From: Escherichia phage 308Ecol101PP
Length of the DNA: 64,000 nt
Strand: one strand, 5' to 3'
Sequence record: OR062945.1
The notes beneath the pieces are model-generated. The model saw only the letters and a list, made by a program, of their open reading frames with translations. It was not told the DNA's origin and did no database searches. The translations under genes and the position numbers were made by a program. Shown one piece after another: positions 23,805-35,077 of the stretch (within the stretch, counting starts at the first letter, position 1; every line of letters begins with the position of its first letter).

Positions 23805-24809
23805 TTAAAACATAAACAAAATGTTAATTTCTTCTGTTTGGTCCATTGCCATAATAACAGGTGGTCGGTTTTCCATATAAATCATTTCACCAGAATGACG
23901 CTGCAGGTCTCTAGGGTCGTAATAATCCTTTTCTGCTTTAACATTAGGGTCATTTGGATTTTTCTTAGCTTCTAACGGGTTTGCGATAATTGATATCTGT
24001 CTAAAACCCTTGTTACCAGGCAAAGCTGCCTCAGGGAAATAAACAGAATCAAAATATGCTTTAAACCGCATCGTATTGGCTTTAACACGGTAAATCAAGC
24101 CGTAGTCATCTTGTTGCCAAGTTAAGTTATTTTCATATCCCCAACGGGTTGGGTCTTCTTTAATTTCTTCCGGCCATGGAACTACAAGATATTCATTAGT
24201 GCAACGGTTAATTGACACATCGGCAGGAATCTCATAAAGGTATTCCCAAATATACCCATCACCGGTTTCGATAACCCCATTAGCATCGCCTCTGCCTTCA
24301 GGAGGAGACATAGAACGAACAGACGGAGTCCATTTACCACCTAATTTAAGACATTCATCTTTATTATCTAAAGATTCTATTGAACAGAGCCCTACGTCAG
24401 GGACATCTAAACAACGGTAAATTAACCAACCAGCTCCAACTTCTGTCGCGTTGTACGGAGCAGTATTACATGCGACTATATCGTTAATTCTAAACGTGTA
24501 AGGGTCTGGATATCGCACATCTCCCCAATCACGTCTAGGAATAACAGAATCTAACATTGAAGGTAAAACTTTAACGATACCCATCATATGGGTCCACATA
24601 TCAGTAACACCAAGAACAGAATCTGTAGGATAAGGTGGGGCGAAGCCCACCTCATTTTCATTTGACGCCCAAGGCTCTGAACGTCCAAACGTAATATAAA
24701 TGGAGTTCTTATAATCTCCATCCCCAACTGAATTATAAAAATTCAGCATTTTCTCTGTTCTAAATTTTGATGTAACTATTGCACGATAGATAACACTTGA
24801 ATCATTCAT
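23805..24809 (-). CDS. 8: baseplate wedge protein gp8
   Basis: 334 aa; MNDSSVIYRAIVTSKFRTEKMLNFYNS... matches T4 gp8. Confidence 0.95.
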   Translation of the reverse strand: MNDSSVIYRAIVTSKFRTEKMLNFYNSVGDGDYKNSIYITFGRSEPWASNENEVGFAPPYPTDSVLGVTDMWTHMMGIVKVLPSMLDSVIPRRDWGDVRYPDPYTFRINDIVACNTAPYNATEVGAGWLIYRCLDVPDVGLCSIESLDNKDECLKLGGKWTPSVRSMSPPEGRGDANGVIETGDGYIWEYLYEIPADVSINRCTNEYLVVPWPEEIKEDPTRWGYENNLTWQQDDYGLIYRVKANTMRFKAYFDSVYFPEAALPGNKGFRQISIIANPLEAKKNPNDPNVKAEKDYYDPRDLQRHSGEMIYMENRPPVIMAMDQTEEINILFMF

Positions 24810-27800
24810 CTAATTTAACCTGTGGTGGATTCACGGGGTCTCTTGGATTTCCTACATTATCGATTAACCGCTGTTCAACCAAATCTCTAAATCTAGAGAA
24901 TGTTGTTCCGGACGCATCAAATAATGGGCTCATCAGTTTACGTCGTTCCGATGGAAGTTGACCTTGAAATATGGAGTTATTGTTTTCAGCGTTATAATCT
25001 TCAGGCAATGGATAATCTTGACCAGCCATAGGGCCTATTTCATATATCGCTTCACCTGTAATAGGGTCAAACTCAACATTTCCTTGTGGGTCTAATTTAG
25101 CCACTCGGTCTGCATATTTAGTCGGTAATCCAGAATCCCACTTATAGTTTTTGTATTTATTAATAATGGTTTCAACATGTTTAAGTGTTAATCCGGTGTT
25201 AATAAACATTGTGAGAAGGGTAATTGCGATAAATCCAAATCCAACCGGATGAACAAAACGTAATACGTCTGATTTCCAACGAGATGATGGAAGTTTAGAT
25301 TTAATCTTCATTACGTAGTATGCTCTACCACGATTTATGTAATCGATGTTGTTCTGAGAAAGCTCTTTACCTTTAATACCACGAACAATTTCACCTTCAA
25401 AACCAGGGAGTCTTTCAGCTTTAACTTCCTGTCCTTGGATTAAACGACCTAAGAGGTTGTGAATTGTTACAGCCCATTGTAATTTACCTTTAGAGTAACT
25501 TCTCTCGATATACGTCACATTACAACGTCCTGTAGCGGTGTATATGGTTTGTCCGACCAAATCTTCTGTCAACGAATCAGATTCAATGATGATATCATAT
25601 TCGGTCCCGGAACTAGATTCAATTTCAATTTCAACATCTTCATTATAAAGCACTTTAAACAAGAATTTATATGATGCTTCAGTTCCTTTAGTTGAATAGA
25701 AGTCATAACTTCTTGATTCAAAGAAACGAGACACTAAATCGCGTTTTTCGGCGTTTAAGTAAATGTTTCGTTTATAAATCTCAGACCATAAATATTCCCA
25801 CGCATGTTCTTCTCGCGGATATTGATTTTTAATAAGATTTAAAAGGTTGTTATAATGGGTCCCATAGCCGTCAGAAAGATACTGAATATAAGCCTCGCAG
25901 AATGCTTCGAAGTTTGTATTATCTAAAAGATAAGACTCCGGCATCATTGTAGTGAGCAATGGTCGTAAATCTGGGTCCGCAATACCGTTCTCTTCCACAG
26001 GAGACCATGTGGTATCTTTTTCTTGGTTTTGTAACGATGCTGTTAAGAATACATTAGTAGGCTTCCAAATTATAGAAACATTATCTCTAACACGGTAACT
26101 AAAATCATAATAAGAAATAATCTCACCTGATGCTTTATAGAAAATCATGCCGGATGCATATTTTTTAAATCCGGTGAAATCTACGTTAGGCATCACTATT
26201 GTACAGTCACCGTCCTTCCAATATTCATGAACTTCACGGTCTGGAGAACTAAGTGGATGACTCTCAATAACCTTAGTGTAAAGTAAATCAGAATAAATTA
26301 CAACGACCTTGTCTGAGTTATTAATCCAACAACGAGTACCAGACTTTCTAGAATAACTAAAGAATGGCTCAGCATAGTATTCCATCGGTTGAGGAGTAAA
26401 CGATTCCCATTGAGAGTCTTCGGTTGAAATAAATGACATCATATGATAATGTTTATCAGCCAACCATTCGCGAGGATACTCGTATTTAACAGCACCGATT
26501 AAACCGTACTTGGCTTGTGTTTTTGGGTCATCAACAATATCTGATTCTAAAAATTTAAAATTACTAGATGAAATAGATAACTCAACACCATCAGTAGACA
26601 TACTGGTGTACCCAGGTTCAATACGACGGCGTTCTTCTTCAGTATTACCAAACACACGTTTAAATGTGCCAGCATCATGGTCTAGAACGTAAACACCCTT
26701 ATCAACAGAATCAACAATAGGAGTGGTCCTCGGGTCGTCATTAAGATTAACAACTTCACCGATAATCAGTGCAAATATTTTACCACCAACAGAATCCATT
26801 TTATAGCAAACTGCCTTAGGGTTACCTGTGATGTTAAATGTTTCTTGTTCAAACAAACGTTCGGAATATGTCGGAGATAATGGGTCCGAATCAATAGGGG
26901 CATTACTAGTTTTAATAAAACGAACTTTATCTCGAGCAGCAACGTATACATAATCGTCATTGCAAACGATAGCTTCTGCAATACGCGATACGTTAGCAGG
27001 TAATGATGCGTAGTTACCAAATATTTCTACATCAAATCCTAAATTTAATTGGTCGCCAATTTTAGCAAATGTTATATCTTGAGAACTAAATCTCACATCA
27101 TCAGCAGACCAACGAACGTCAGTTGATTTACGGCCGTAAAATAATTTATCATACCCAAGAACATACGTGGTGTGATCTGTCTGGTAATACACTGTTCTTG
27201 ATACAGGGTACCCTACACGGTCATTAAACAATTTAACCGATTTCCAGGTTTGTCCCTTATCATTAGAGACTTTAACCACAGGCTGATATCGTTCAAACAA
27301 ATAAAGAATTCCTTCGGATTCCATCAAATAAACACGGTTTATATCATGACACACCTGTTGAATCGAACCTTGAATTTCATGATACTCATTTTCGCCAATA
27401 ATGAAATTTTTAATAGATGAAATATCAGCATAAGCAGGGCTAAATTGGAACGATTCATTCATTAGAGCTGCCATTATAGTGTCGTTATTAAAATCGACAT
27501 AAGCCATGTTGTTATTTGTAAATTTTTCTCTAATAAAAGTGTTAGCCAATTGCATTTCAATCATATGTTGAAATGTATACGCGTTAGTCTGAAATGATTC
27601 AAATATTTCGGTATATACCCAATCAGATCTCTCGAAGCCTTCGGCGGCAGTTGATACACGAATAATATAAGAAGTTAATGGGTCTAAGCTACTTTCGAAC
27701 CAGTTGCTATTAGGAGTATATCCTAAATTTATCCATCTGTAGCTGGCAGGGGGAATTATTTCCCCGTCTGCCGTTTTAGTCTCAGCGATTTCTACGAAAT

Positions 27801-27900
27801 AGTAGAAATTAGCACCAACGTCATCCCAGCGTATTTGAACTTGGTTAGCGGACAACTTGGATATTCTGAGACTTGTGACTGCTGGCGCTTTTACTGTCAT
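24802..27900 (-). CDS. 7: baseplate wedge protein gp7
   Basis: 1032 aa, same length as T4 gp7, synteny. Confidence 0.9.
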   Translation of the reverse strand: MTVKAPAVTSLRISKLSANQVQIRWDDVGANFYYFVEIAETKTADGEIIPPASYRWINLGYTPNSNWFESSLDPLTSYIIRVSTAAEGFERSDWVYTEIFESFQTNAYTFQHMIEMQLANTFIREKFTNNNMAYVDFNNDTIMAALMNESFQFSPAYADISSIKNFIIGENEYHEIQGSIQQVCHDINRVYLMESEGILYLFERYQPVVKVSNDKGQTWKSVKLFNDRVGYPVSRTVYYQTDHTTYVLGYDKLFYGRKSTDVRWSADDVRFSSQDITFAKIGDQLNLGFDVEIFGNYASLPANVSRIAEAIVCNDDYVYVAARDKVRFIKTSNAPIDSDPLSPTYSERLFEQETFNITGNPKAVCYKMDSVGGKIFALIIGEVVNLNDDPRTTPIVDSVDKGVYVLDHDAGTFKRVFGNTEEERRRIEPGYTSMSTDGVELSISSSNFKFLESDIVDDPKTQAKYGLIGAVKYEYPREWLADKHYHMMSFISTEDSQWESFTPQPMEYYAEPFFSYSRKSGTRCWINNSDKVVVIYSDLLYTKVIESHPLSSPDREVHEYWKDGDCTIVMPNVDFTGFKKYASGMIFYKASGEIISYYDFSYRVRDNVSIIWKPTNVFLTASLQNQEKDTTWSPVEENGIADPDLRPLLTTMMPESYLLDNTNFEAFCEAYIQYLSDGYGTHYNNLLNLIKNQYPREEHAWEYLWSEIYKRNIYLNAEKRDLVSRFFESRSYDFYSTKGTEASYKFLFKVLYNEDVEIEIESSSGTEYDIIIESDSLTEDLVGQTIYTATGRCNVTYIERSYSKGKLQWAVTIHNLLGRLIQGQEVKAERLPGFEGEIVRGIKGKELSQNNIDYINRGRAYYVMKIKSKLPSSRWKSDVLRFVHPVGFGFIAITLLTMFINTGLTLKHVETIINKYKNYKWDSGLPTKYADRVAKLDPQGNVEFDPITGEAIYEIGPMAGQDYPLPEDYNAENNNSIFQGQLPSERRKLMSPLFDASGTTFSRFRDLVEQRLIDNVGNPRDPVNPPQVKLDE

Positions 27901-29870
27901 TGTGAAATAGGCTCCAAATCTATAGTTAAGTACTGAGGACGTAAGTCATTTTCGAATACGATTAAAGAACCATCCTTTGTAAAAATAATATCATCTGCAG
28001 GGTCGGAATAAAGTTCAATTGTTTGAACTTCAAAACGGTCTGAAGTGAGGTCAATTTTAGCAATGTTCCAATAAATCGAATCGGCAGGATAATTCACTTC
28101 ACCAATTGAATAGTATTTGTTTCGTCCGTCAGTAACAGTAAGTTTATTAAAATCATTACCTGTATAAGGTTGTATATTTTCGTTTTCAACAACATCGCCG
28201 TCTGCAAATGGACCAATAATAACTTGACCTATGCCACGGTCATTACGGTCAGAAGATACTATGCGAACACCGTATTTAATAGTTTCGTTTGCATTTTCTG
28301 GATTAGGTCTGTGCGAATCAAACGAGAATATATTAGATTCCATCGATCTATCTTTAATCTGATTATTGTATTTAATACCGGCCTCAGGCGTTTTATAGAA
28401 GTTTTGTACTTCGCGAACCATTTGAATAGTAGCTGAAGAACCAATAATAGAAATATCTGCATCATCGACATAAGTTAGCATTTTAGATTTTGCAAACGAT
28501 GAGTTAAAAATTTCTACATCTTCAATATAATAACGGTCAATTTTATTAATAATCTGCCCTTCAAGATATTGCTCTGATTCTTGGAGTTTATTCAACGCGT
28601 ATGTAACTTTGATATTCATTTTGATAAACAAATAATCAGGCGAAATAACAACAGGTGTAATAGTCCCTAAGTTATAATCATTCAAATAGTTTTTGATATC
28701 ATCTCGTTGGACAGAAGTCAAATACAATCCAGATTTAGGCTTAGCAGCAATATATGCGTACCCTGGTTTAGATGAATCTGTGAATGTTTGAACCGCTTGA
28801 ATAATAGAACCAAACCGCTCAGAAACGAATGTGTCATAGTCGGAAGCGGTTACACAACGTTGTTGAGTTTCGCGTTTAATTGTGCCTAATTCGCGGATAC
28901 GTTCAATATCTTCAGGGTCACCACCGCCGTCGGCCCCAACAAAGTCTGGGTTATTGCTAGGGTTCTCGTTAATACCGATTACCGTGATATTAGCTAATGT
29001 ATCAGCATAAGAAAATCCTACAGCACCGTTAGCATCTGCGCCATTAGTAGAAATATACTCAATTACGATTTTAGAACCCTGAACAGGTTTAAGGCCACCA
29101 ATATAGTTAGATGTTAACGCGCCTTCTGATGTGTTAATAGAGATTTCGCCTTCACCAAAATAAAATTCGGTGTTCCCATCAACTGTTTCACGCATATAAT
29201 AGATTGTTGACGTAGAACCAGCGTGAACCATCGACTTACGAGTCCAGTTAATCCATTCTGCTCCGTCAACATACAACTTAACCAAATTACGGTCAATATT
29301 CTTATCACGAATAATGATAGGTTTTAATCTATCAAATGTTAATTCAGTGCGAACAATACGTCCTTGAGCTAATCGAAGACGTGGAAAATATTGGTTATTT
29401 TTGTCTTTAACTACAATGACATCTTCAGTAGAAACAAAGTTATACGGGTTAACAGAAGTATCTTTGGCGTATGCTAAGAAACGAGTGCCACGTGGAATGG
29501 TGATATAGTTTCTATTTAATGCATCCGTACATGTGAGCATAATTTCTGTTTGTGCTGCTGATTTAGATGAAGGCAGATATCCGTTATCTTGAGCCGCTTG
29601 TACAACAGAACTACGCAAGTTTGCAGTACGCATAAAACTTTCATACACTGCACTATTACTGAACTGTTGGATGTAAAGAGTGTTATATGCTAAAAGGTCA
29701 CACAATACGTTTAAACGCGAACCTTCAAAATCATAATCAAGAAATTCATTCTGTCCATTGAGCCATTCGATAATGTTCTGTTTGATTTCGGCAAATGTGC
29801 CCCCGATAAAAATCTCGGGAATAGCATTCGCTGTTCGTGTTAATTGATAATTTACAGGAGTGTTTGCCAT
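27897..29870 (-). CDS. 6: baseplate wedge protein gp6
   Basis: Start set at MANTPVNYQLTRTANAIPEIF (T4 gp6 N-terminus), 19 codons inside the longest ORF. Confidence 0.9.
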   Translation of the reverse strand: MANTPVNYQLTRTANAIPEIFIGGTFAEIKQNIIEWLNGQNEFLDYDFEGSRLNVLCDLLAYNTLYIQQFSNSAVYESFMRTANLRSSVVQAAQDNGYLPSSKSAAQTEIMLTCTDALNRNYITIPRGTRFLAYAKDTSVNPYNFVSTEDVIVVKDKNNQYFPRLRLAQGRIVRTELTFDRLKPIIIRDKNIDRNLVKLYVDGAEWINWTRKSMVHAGSTSTIYYMRETVDGNTEFYFGEGEISINTSEGALTSNYIGGLKPVQGSKIVIEYISTNGADANGAVGFSYADTLANITVIGINENPSNNPDFVGADGGGDPEDIERIRELGTIKRETQQRCVTASDYDTFVSERFGSIIQAVQTFTDSSKPGYAYIAAKPKSGLYLTSVQRDDIKNYLNDYNLGTITPVVISPDYLFIKMNIKVTYALNKLQESEQYLEGQIINKIDRYYIEDVEIFNSSFAKSKMLTYVDDADISIIGSSATIQMVREVQNFYKTPEAGIKYNNQIKDRSMESNIFSFDSHRPNPENANETIKYGVRIVSSDRNDRGIGQVIIGPFADGDVVENENIQPYTGNDFNKLTVTDGRNKYYSIGEVNYPADSIYWNIAKIDLTSDRFEVQTIELYSDPADDIIFTKDGSLIVFENDLRPQYLTIDLEPISQ

Positions 29871-29878
29871 TTTAATTC

Positions 29879-30172
29879 CTATTTTATAAAGACTTTTGAC
29901 GAGGCCTGAGAAACAGTATCCCCGCATGAAATTGAGTCAGCCATTTGAACGGCCTTTTTACCGGTGACGTATACTTTAGATGTACGAGGTTCAGTAACAC
30001 CCCCATGAGTCTCGTATGGTTTTTTAATTTCTGTATGAGGTGTTATTTGGTCTCCTGCCACAAGAACAGGAATACCGCCGGTGAATACTTTAGATTGGGA
30101 AGCATTTATTACAGTAGGAGGCCATGCTTCATGACCTGTTGTAACGCACTTGTCGTAACTTAAGCCAGACAT
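29879..30172 (-). CDS. 5.4: PAAR-repeat spike tip protein gp5.4
   Basis: 97 aa from [21 protein letters not shown]..., matches T4 gp5.4. Confidence 0.9.
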   Translation of the reverse strand: MSGLSYDKCVTTGHEAWPPTVINASQSKVFTGGIPVLVAGDQITPHTEIKKPYETHGGVTEPRTSKVYVTGKKAVQMADSISCGDTVSQASSKVFIK

Positions 30173-30174
30173 TT

Positions 30175-30690
30175 TCACGGCCTCACATAAACATAGTTTC
30201 GTAATTGTTGAGCCCATTTGCTCCAATTTCCTACTATAGTTTTTGTATAAACCTTAGTAAGAGTTTTTTGTACTGGAGCCGGTGGAGGTTCTGTACCAGA
30301 GTCACTTCTAGAACCGCCTGATGAACTTTCTTCTTGGTGGTTATAAATCATTTCAACCGTATAACTAAACACTTTACGAAGATTCTGAGGAGCTCTCCAC
30401 AAATATAACTGTGTGGATTCATCTTTTGGTAAATCATCCCATGAAGATGCGGTTTCAAAATCATCATTTAATCGGTATTTCAATGCATCCGAAGAAAAGC
30501 TAAACACACTTTCATATGTTCCATATAAACGATTACCATCCACCGTAATGCCTTGTGTCGGTTCATAATCTGTTATATTTATTGACACTAAAGTTTCGGT
30601 TGTTTCTAACTGTGGAGTAAAAAGGACGTCAATAGACGCCCCTTCCATGTCTTCTCCTAAGTCGGTATTTAAAGGAAGTATTTGTGCCAT
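30175..30690 (-). CDS. 5.1: gp5.1-like conserved hypothetical protein
   Basis: 171 aa between gene 5 and 5.4, synteny. Confidence 0.75.
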   Translation of the reverse strand: MAQILPLNTDLGEDMEGASIDVLFTPQLETTETLVSINITDYEPTQGITVDGNRLYGTYESVFSFSSDALKYRLNDDFETASSWDDLPKDESTQLYLWRAPQNLRKVFSYTVEMIYNHQEESSSGGSRSDSGTEPPPAPVQKTLTKVYTKTIVGNWSKWAQQLRNYVYVRP

Positions 30691-30693
30691 ATA

Positions 30694-32427
30694 TTACCCA
30701 ATATCAATACGAGATCCGTCAACAGTGTATTGTCCTGAAGCTACTGAGCTCATTGTAGACATTGTTTCTGCCCAATCCCCGGCAACAGTCATATCAACAT
30801 TACCATTAACAGTCCATTTAACGTTTCCGTTGACGGTGTAATCATGATTCCCTTCGACCTGAGTTTTAGCATCACCTTTAACAAGAATATCTGCATTTCC
30901 GTCAACGACTATTTTGATATTACCCTTAACGTAAAGAGTTCCATCGCCTTCAACAGTTTTATATTGGTTACCACGAATAAAGATTGTGTCATTGCCGTCT
31001 ATTTGATGGAGGCGGTCTGCCATGTTATAATATATTTCATTAGCACCAACGTTAACAAGTTTATCACCAGAAATCAAGAAGTTCCCATCGCCATTAGTGA
31101 TGTCAAAAAGGTCTTCTACAGTTTTACGAGTACGACGCCCAGACGGAGAAACTTCCTCATATGACCCTGTTGGATGAACTAAGCGATAACGTTCATTACC
31201 TGGAGTATCGTCAAATTCTTGGATATGACCGCTTTCTGTTTCCATAGCATGAACGTATGGATACTCACCACGATAACTTGATTCCGGTTCTTTAAAAAGG
31301 ATGCGTGAATCTAACGGAACAGGAGGACCAGCTGGGTCTTCTGGATCGGTATTTCTAGTAACTAAATCGGCACCAACTCCCGGTGAAGGTGGTGTTTTAA
31401 CAGGAACACCGTATGATTCCATGTTACCAGTTAAAATAATTGTTGTTACACGTGAAGCACGCCCTTTAGTCTGTTGGAACCATAACGAATCACGCCCAGA
31501 TTTGTATGCGGTTTTCCAATCACCTGTGGCCATTGCTTTAAGCATAGTATTGAATTTTGCTACACCGCCAACGCCCATCTGGAAGCACATGTTTTCTAAT
31601 GCCATTTGGCGAGATCTGTTCATTTTGGCATAAACAGGACCTACTTTAGAATTAGAACGAATGTCTTTCTGCATCTTAGCAAGGTCCTTCTCAAATAATG
31701 CTGTTGCTTCTTCTAATGTAATAGTTCCGGGATTTCCTGTTACTTCACGCCCTACTTGATCAGATAACAATTTATTAATTCGAGACATATCTCGGGTCTT
31801 TTCCATTACGATAAGGTGTCCAATACCTACTGTAGGATATCCGAGATGGTCCCAATACACTTTATCACGAAGACCTTCGTCACGACGTAACATTTCTGTT
31901 ATTGTAAAATTAGGGTCATCATCTTCTGGAATATTTGCTAAATCTGTATCATCTGGGTTTATACCATAATCCAAGTTGTTATCTTGAATTACGTTAGAGT
32001 TCGAATAATAACCAGCTTCACCACCTTGGTTTAATACGTTCGTATCACTACCTAAACGTCGCGGATACTGACCTGTCGGATCTGAAAAACCTTCAAGTTT
32101 ATTAGGCTTTTCACGTACAATTCCGCCATATGTACCAAGTACAATCCCGTTTGTTTTCCATTTGTCTAAGAAATGACCATATACTCGAGTTCCTTCAACA
32201 GGACCTGTAACAGAACCACCAATACCTGACATTGATGCAGACGTAATAGGTTGAATAACAGTCATCCATGGAAGTTTTTCTGTAGGAATACCTTGTACAT
32301 CACCTTGTGCTCTCTGTGCCGGATGAAGACCAACGACTCGAACTCGAACTCGCCCTTGTTTTAATGGGTCCATTCTGTCCTCGACAACACCCACGAACCA
32401 ATTAAGGCTGCTGCTAATCATTTCCAT
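30694..32427 (-). CDS. 5: baseplate hub / tail-associated lysozyme gp5
   Basis: 577 aa; N-terminus MEMISSSLNWFVGVVEDRMDPLKQGRVRVRVVG matches T4 gp5. Confidence 0.95.
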   Translation of the reverse strand: MEMISSSLNWFVGVVEDRMDPLKQGRVRVRVVGLHPAQRAQGDVQGIPTEKLPWMTVIQPITSASMSGIGGSVTGPVEGTRVYGHFLDKWKTNGIVLGTYGGIVREKPNKLEGFSDPTGQYPRRLGSDTNVLNQGGEAGYYSNSNVIQDNNLDYGINPDDTDLANIPEDDDPNFTITEMLRRDEGLRDKVYWDHLGYPTVGIGHLIVMEKTRDMSRINKLLSDQVGREVTGNPGTITLEEATALFEKDLAKMQKDIRSNSKVGPVYAKMNRSRQMALENMCFQMGVGGVAKFNTMLKAMATGDWKTAYKSGRDSLWFQQTKGRASRVTTIILTGNMESYGVPVKTPPSPGVGADLVTRNTDPEDPAGPPVPLDSRILFKEPESSYRGEYPYVHAMETESGHIQEFDDTPGNERYRLVHPTGSYEEVSPSGRRTRKTVEDLFDITNGDGNFLISGDKLVNVGANEIYYNMADRLHQIDGNDTIFIRGNQYKTVEGDGTLYVKGNIKIVVDGNADILVKGDAKTQVEGNHDYTVNGNVKWTVNGNVDMTVAGDWAETMSTMSSVASGQYTVDGSRIDIG

Positions 32428-33002
32428 TATGCGATCTCCATCTCACGAATCAAATCTGTGATAAACGAGTTTATATCTTCTTTTGCAACAATTTTTATTT
32501 TACGAAGTTTTTCATTATCTAATACTGCCGCTTCATAAGTATCTACTGCGGCTAAAGGTCCTTTATATTGCGGATACTTACGTGCTTCATCACCTTTATC
32601 GTACCACACTAAAGGCTCGTCCGGATATGAAACCAAATTGTAAAATTTCTCACGATTTTCATTAATATGATAAAGAACTTGGTCACCGCCAGCATTAGCA
32701 TATTTCTGAATAGAAGCTTGATACGCTGCTTCCTGAGATGTAATCCAACCATAATACGGATCATAGTTGTCATTACACATCAAAAGGACCCAGTATAATT
32801 GAGGGTTGCCATAAATTATGTTTGCTAGTTCTTCAGGACGCGGAGAGCCTTTAATATAATAAGAACGTAATCTATAATTGGCAGCAACACGCTTAAAGTA
32901 CTCTTTATAGTTACGAAATATGTCTGTCATAGGAATAGTAGGTGCATTCTTATTAACTGTTTTAGCACTATATCCTATTGGGTCGAAGAATGTAAATAAC
33001 AA
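32427..33002 (-). CDS. 53: baseplate wedge protein gp53
   Basis: 191 aa; MLFTFFDPIGYSAKTVNKNAPTIPMTDIFRNYK... matches T4 gp53. Confidence 0.92.
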   Translation of the reverse strand: MLFTFFDPIGYSAKTVNKNAPTIPMTDIFRNYKEYFKRVAANYRLRSYYIKGSPRPEELANIIYGNPQLYWVLLMCNDNYDPYYGWITSQEAAYQASIQKYANAGGDQVLYHINENREKFYNLVSYPDEPLVWYDKGDEARKYPQYKGPLAAVDTYEAAVLDNEKLRKIKIVAKEDINSFITDLIREMEIA

Positions 33003-33029
33003 GATAGTCTCCTTCCAATATGAAATTGG

Positions 33030-33037
33030 TATAAATA
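33030..33037 (+). promoter_or_regulatory. late promoter for gene 4
   Basis: TATAAATA 27 nt upstream of ATG at 33064. Confidence 0.55.
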
Positions 33038-33044
33038 ATAATAC

Positions 33045-33052
33045 TATTTATA
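33045..33052 (-). promoter_or_regulatory. late promoter for gene 53 (divergent from gene 4 promoter)
   Basis: TATAAATA on minus strand upstream of ATG at 33002. Confidence 0.5.
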
Positions 33053-33063
33053 AGGAGGACAAC

Positions 33064-33513
33064 ATGGCCTACTCTGGTAAATGGGTCCCAAAAAATTTAA
33101 AAAAATACCGTGGAGACCATACCAAAATAACGTATCGTTCAAACTGGGAAAAATTCTTTTTCGAATGGTTGGATAAAAATCCAGAAATTATTGCATGGGG
33201 TAGTGAAACGGCAGTAATTCCATATTTTTGTAATGCTGAAGGTAAGAAACGTCGATACTACATGGACATATGGATGAAAGATGCATCAGGTCAAGAGTTC
33301 TTTGTAGAAATAAAACCAAAGAAAGAAACTCAACCACCTATTAAGCCTGCAAATCTTACAACTGCAGCAAAGAAACGTTATATGAATGAAATATATACCT
33401 GGTCTGTGAACTGTGACAAATGGAAAGCCGCCTCAGCTGTTGCTGAAAAGAGAAATATAAAATTTCGAGTTCTAACCGAAGATGGTCTTAGAAAACTCGG
33501 ATACAAGGGGTAA
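33064..33513 (+). CDS. 4: head completion protein gp4
   Basis: [18 protein letters not shown]...; AAGGAGG RBS at 33052-33058; 149 aa. Confidence 0.9.
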   Translation: MAYSGKWVPKNLKKYRGDHTKITYRSNWEKFFFEWLDKNPEIIAWGSETAVIPYFCNAEGKKRRYYMDIWMKDASGQEFFVEIKPKKETQPPIKPANLTTAAKKRYMNEIYTWSVNCDKWKAASAVAEKRNIKFRVLTEDGLRKLGYKG

Positions 33514-33515
33514 TT

Positions 33516-34337
33516 ATGAGCATATTCCAAATTATATCTGAAGGCGTACAAGCCCCTAAGATTGCTCAGTCTATGAATGAAAGAAAATGGATTGAGATAG
33601 GATTAGAATACAAGAAAGCTAAAGAGAAAGGAATCACTGCAAAAGCATTTGCAGAATCAAAAGGAATAAAATACTCGTCATTTACATCTGCAATGTCTAG
33701 ATATGCATCATCTATTAAGACTGCACAGAAAATTGAAACGCTTGAATCTAAACCTAAAAATAAACTCAATAAGCAAGAACGTCAACTTCTGATGATAAAC
33801 TCGTTTCGCAGTTCAATACGAGAAAAGATTAGAAATGAAGGCGCAGCAGTAAACAACAAATCATCTAAGTGGTTTGTTGAAACAATTAAGAAAAGTGTAA
33901 AAGGTCATAAAGTAGTCAAGCCTACGCCAGGCAAAATTTATACTTACGTGTATGATGCTAAACATAAAGATACTCTGCCGTATTGGGACCGATATCCTTT
34001 GATTATTTATTTAGGATTAGGTAAACATAATTTGATGTATGGGTTAAACTTGCACTATATCCCACCTAAAGCGCGACAACAGTTTCTTGAAGAATTGCTG
34101 AAGCAATATGCTAGCACAACTACTATTACTAATAACACAAAGTTGAAGATAGACTGGAGCAAGGTGAAAGGATTTCAAGGTGCTGACAAAATGATTAAAG
34201 CATACCTACCAGGCCACATTAGAGGAACAATAACAGAAATCGCTCCTAAAGACTGGGCTAACATAATCATGTTACCTACTCAACAGTTTATGTCAAAAGG
34301 AAAACGTTTCTCTGCGAATACTGTTTGGAAATCTTAA
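33516..34337 (+). CDS. 2: DNA end protector protein gp2
   Basis: 273 aa; [19 protein letters not shown]... matches T4 gp2. Confidence 0.9.
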   Translation: MSIFQIISEGVQAPKIAQSMNERKWIEIGLEYKKAKEKGITAKAFAESKGIKYSSFTSAMSRYASSIKTAQKIETLESKPKNKLNKQERQLLMINSFRSSIREKIRNEGAAVNNKSSKWFVETIKKSVKGHKVVKPTPGKIYTYVYDAKHKDTLPYWDRYPLIIYLGLGKHNLMYGLNLHYIPPKARQQFLEELLKQYASTTTITNNTKLKIDWSKVKGFQGADKMIKAYLPGHIRGTITEIAPKDWANIIMLPTQQFMSKGKRFSANTVWKS

Positions 34338-34439
34338 TTCTATTCTCTTCCGTTCTTCTGATATTCTGTTGAACCGGATTAATGGAAGAGACCTAAAACC
34401 ATTATACTGCATTTTTATTAAAGCGTTTTTGAGGTGCTT

Positions 34440-35024
34440 ATGACTCGTCCAGCGAGACAGATTTTTAACCAAACAAATATAACAAACTTTGTTGTGGATA
34501 TCCCGGATAGTACACGAACGTCAGGTTTTGTGCTCAATGCCCAAACGGCTCCATTGCCAGGTGTGAGAATTCCTGTTGTTGAAACTGTGACAGGCACAAT
34601 GGGGTTAGGACGTGCAATGCGTGCAGGCACCACATTTGAATACGACCCTTTTGTTGTACGATTTATAGTTGATGAAGACATGACGTCCTGGATGAACATG
34701 TATAAATGGATGCTCAGCACTAATAACTATATAACCGGACATAATACGGCCCACTCCGATGGTCCTGAGTTTGTTACTTTGCACATTTTAAACAACAATA
34801 AGACAGAAGTAGTTTTGACGGCGAATTTCTATAAACCATGGATTTCTGATTTGAGTGAAATCGAATTTAGTTACACCGAAGACTCTGACCCTGCCGTTAC
34901 GTGCGTAGCAACTATTCACTACGCGTATATGACGATAGAAAAGGATGGTGAAGTCATTGTATCTCAACAACCACGTCAAGCGGTCGAATCTAAATCCATT
35001 TCTAGACACCCTTCCTTGCGTTAA
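34440..35024 (+). CDS. 3: tail completion / sheath stabilizer gp3
   Basis: Synteny between genes 2 and 1; ATG at 34440 preceded by GAGG; tail-terminator-like sequence. Confidence 0.7.
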   Translation: MTRPARQIFNQTNITNFVVDIPDSTRTSGFVLNAQTAPLPGVRIPVVETVTGTMGLGRAMRAGTTFEYDPFVVRFIVDEDMTSWMNMYKWMLSTNNYITGHNTAHSDGPEFVTLHILNNNKTEVVLTANFYKPWISDLSEIEFSYTEDSDPAVTCVATIHYAYMTIEKDGEVIVSQQPRQAVESKSISRHPSLR

Positions 35025-35077
35025 TCGCTTCTAGCTCCGTATGTTATAATCACTCATAAATTATATGAGGAAAACCT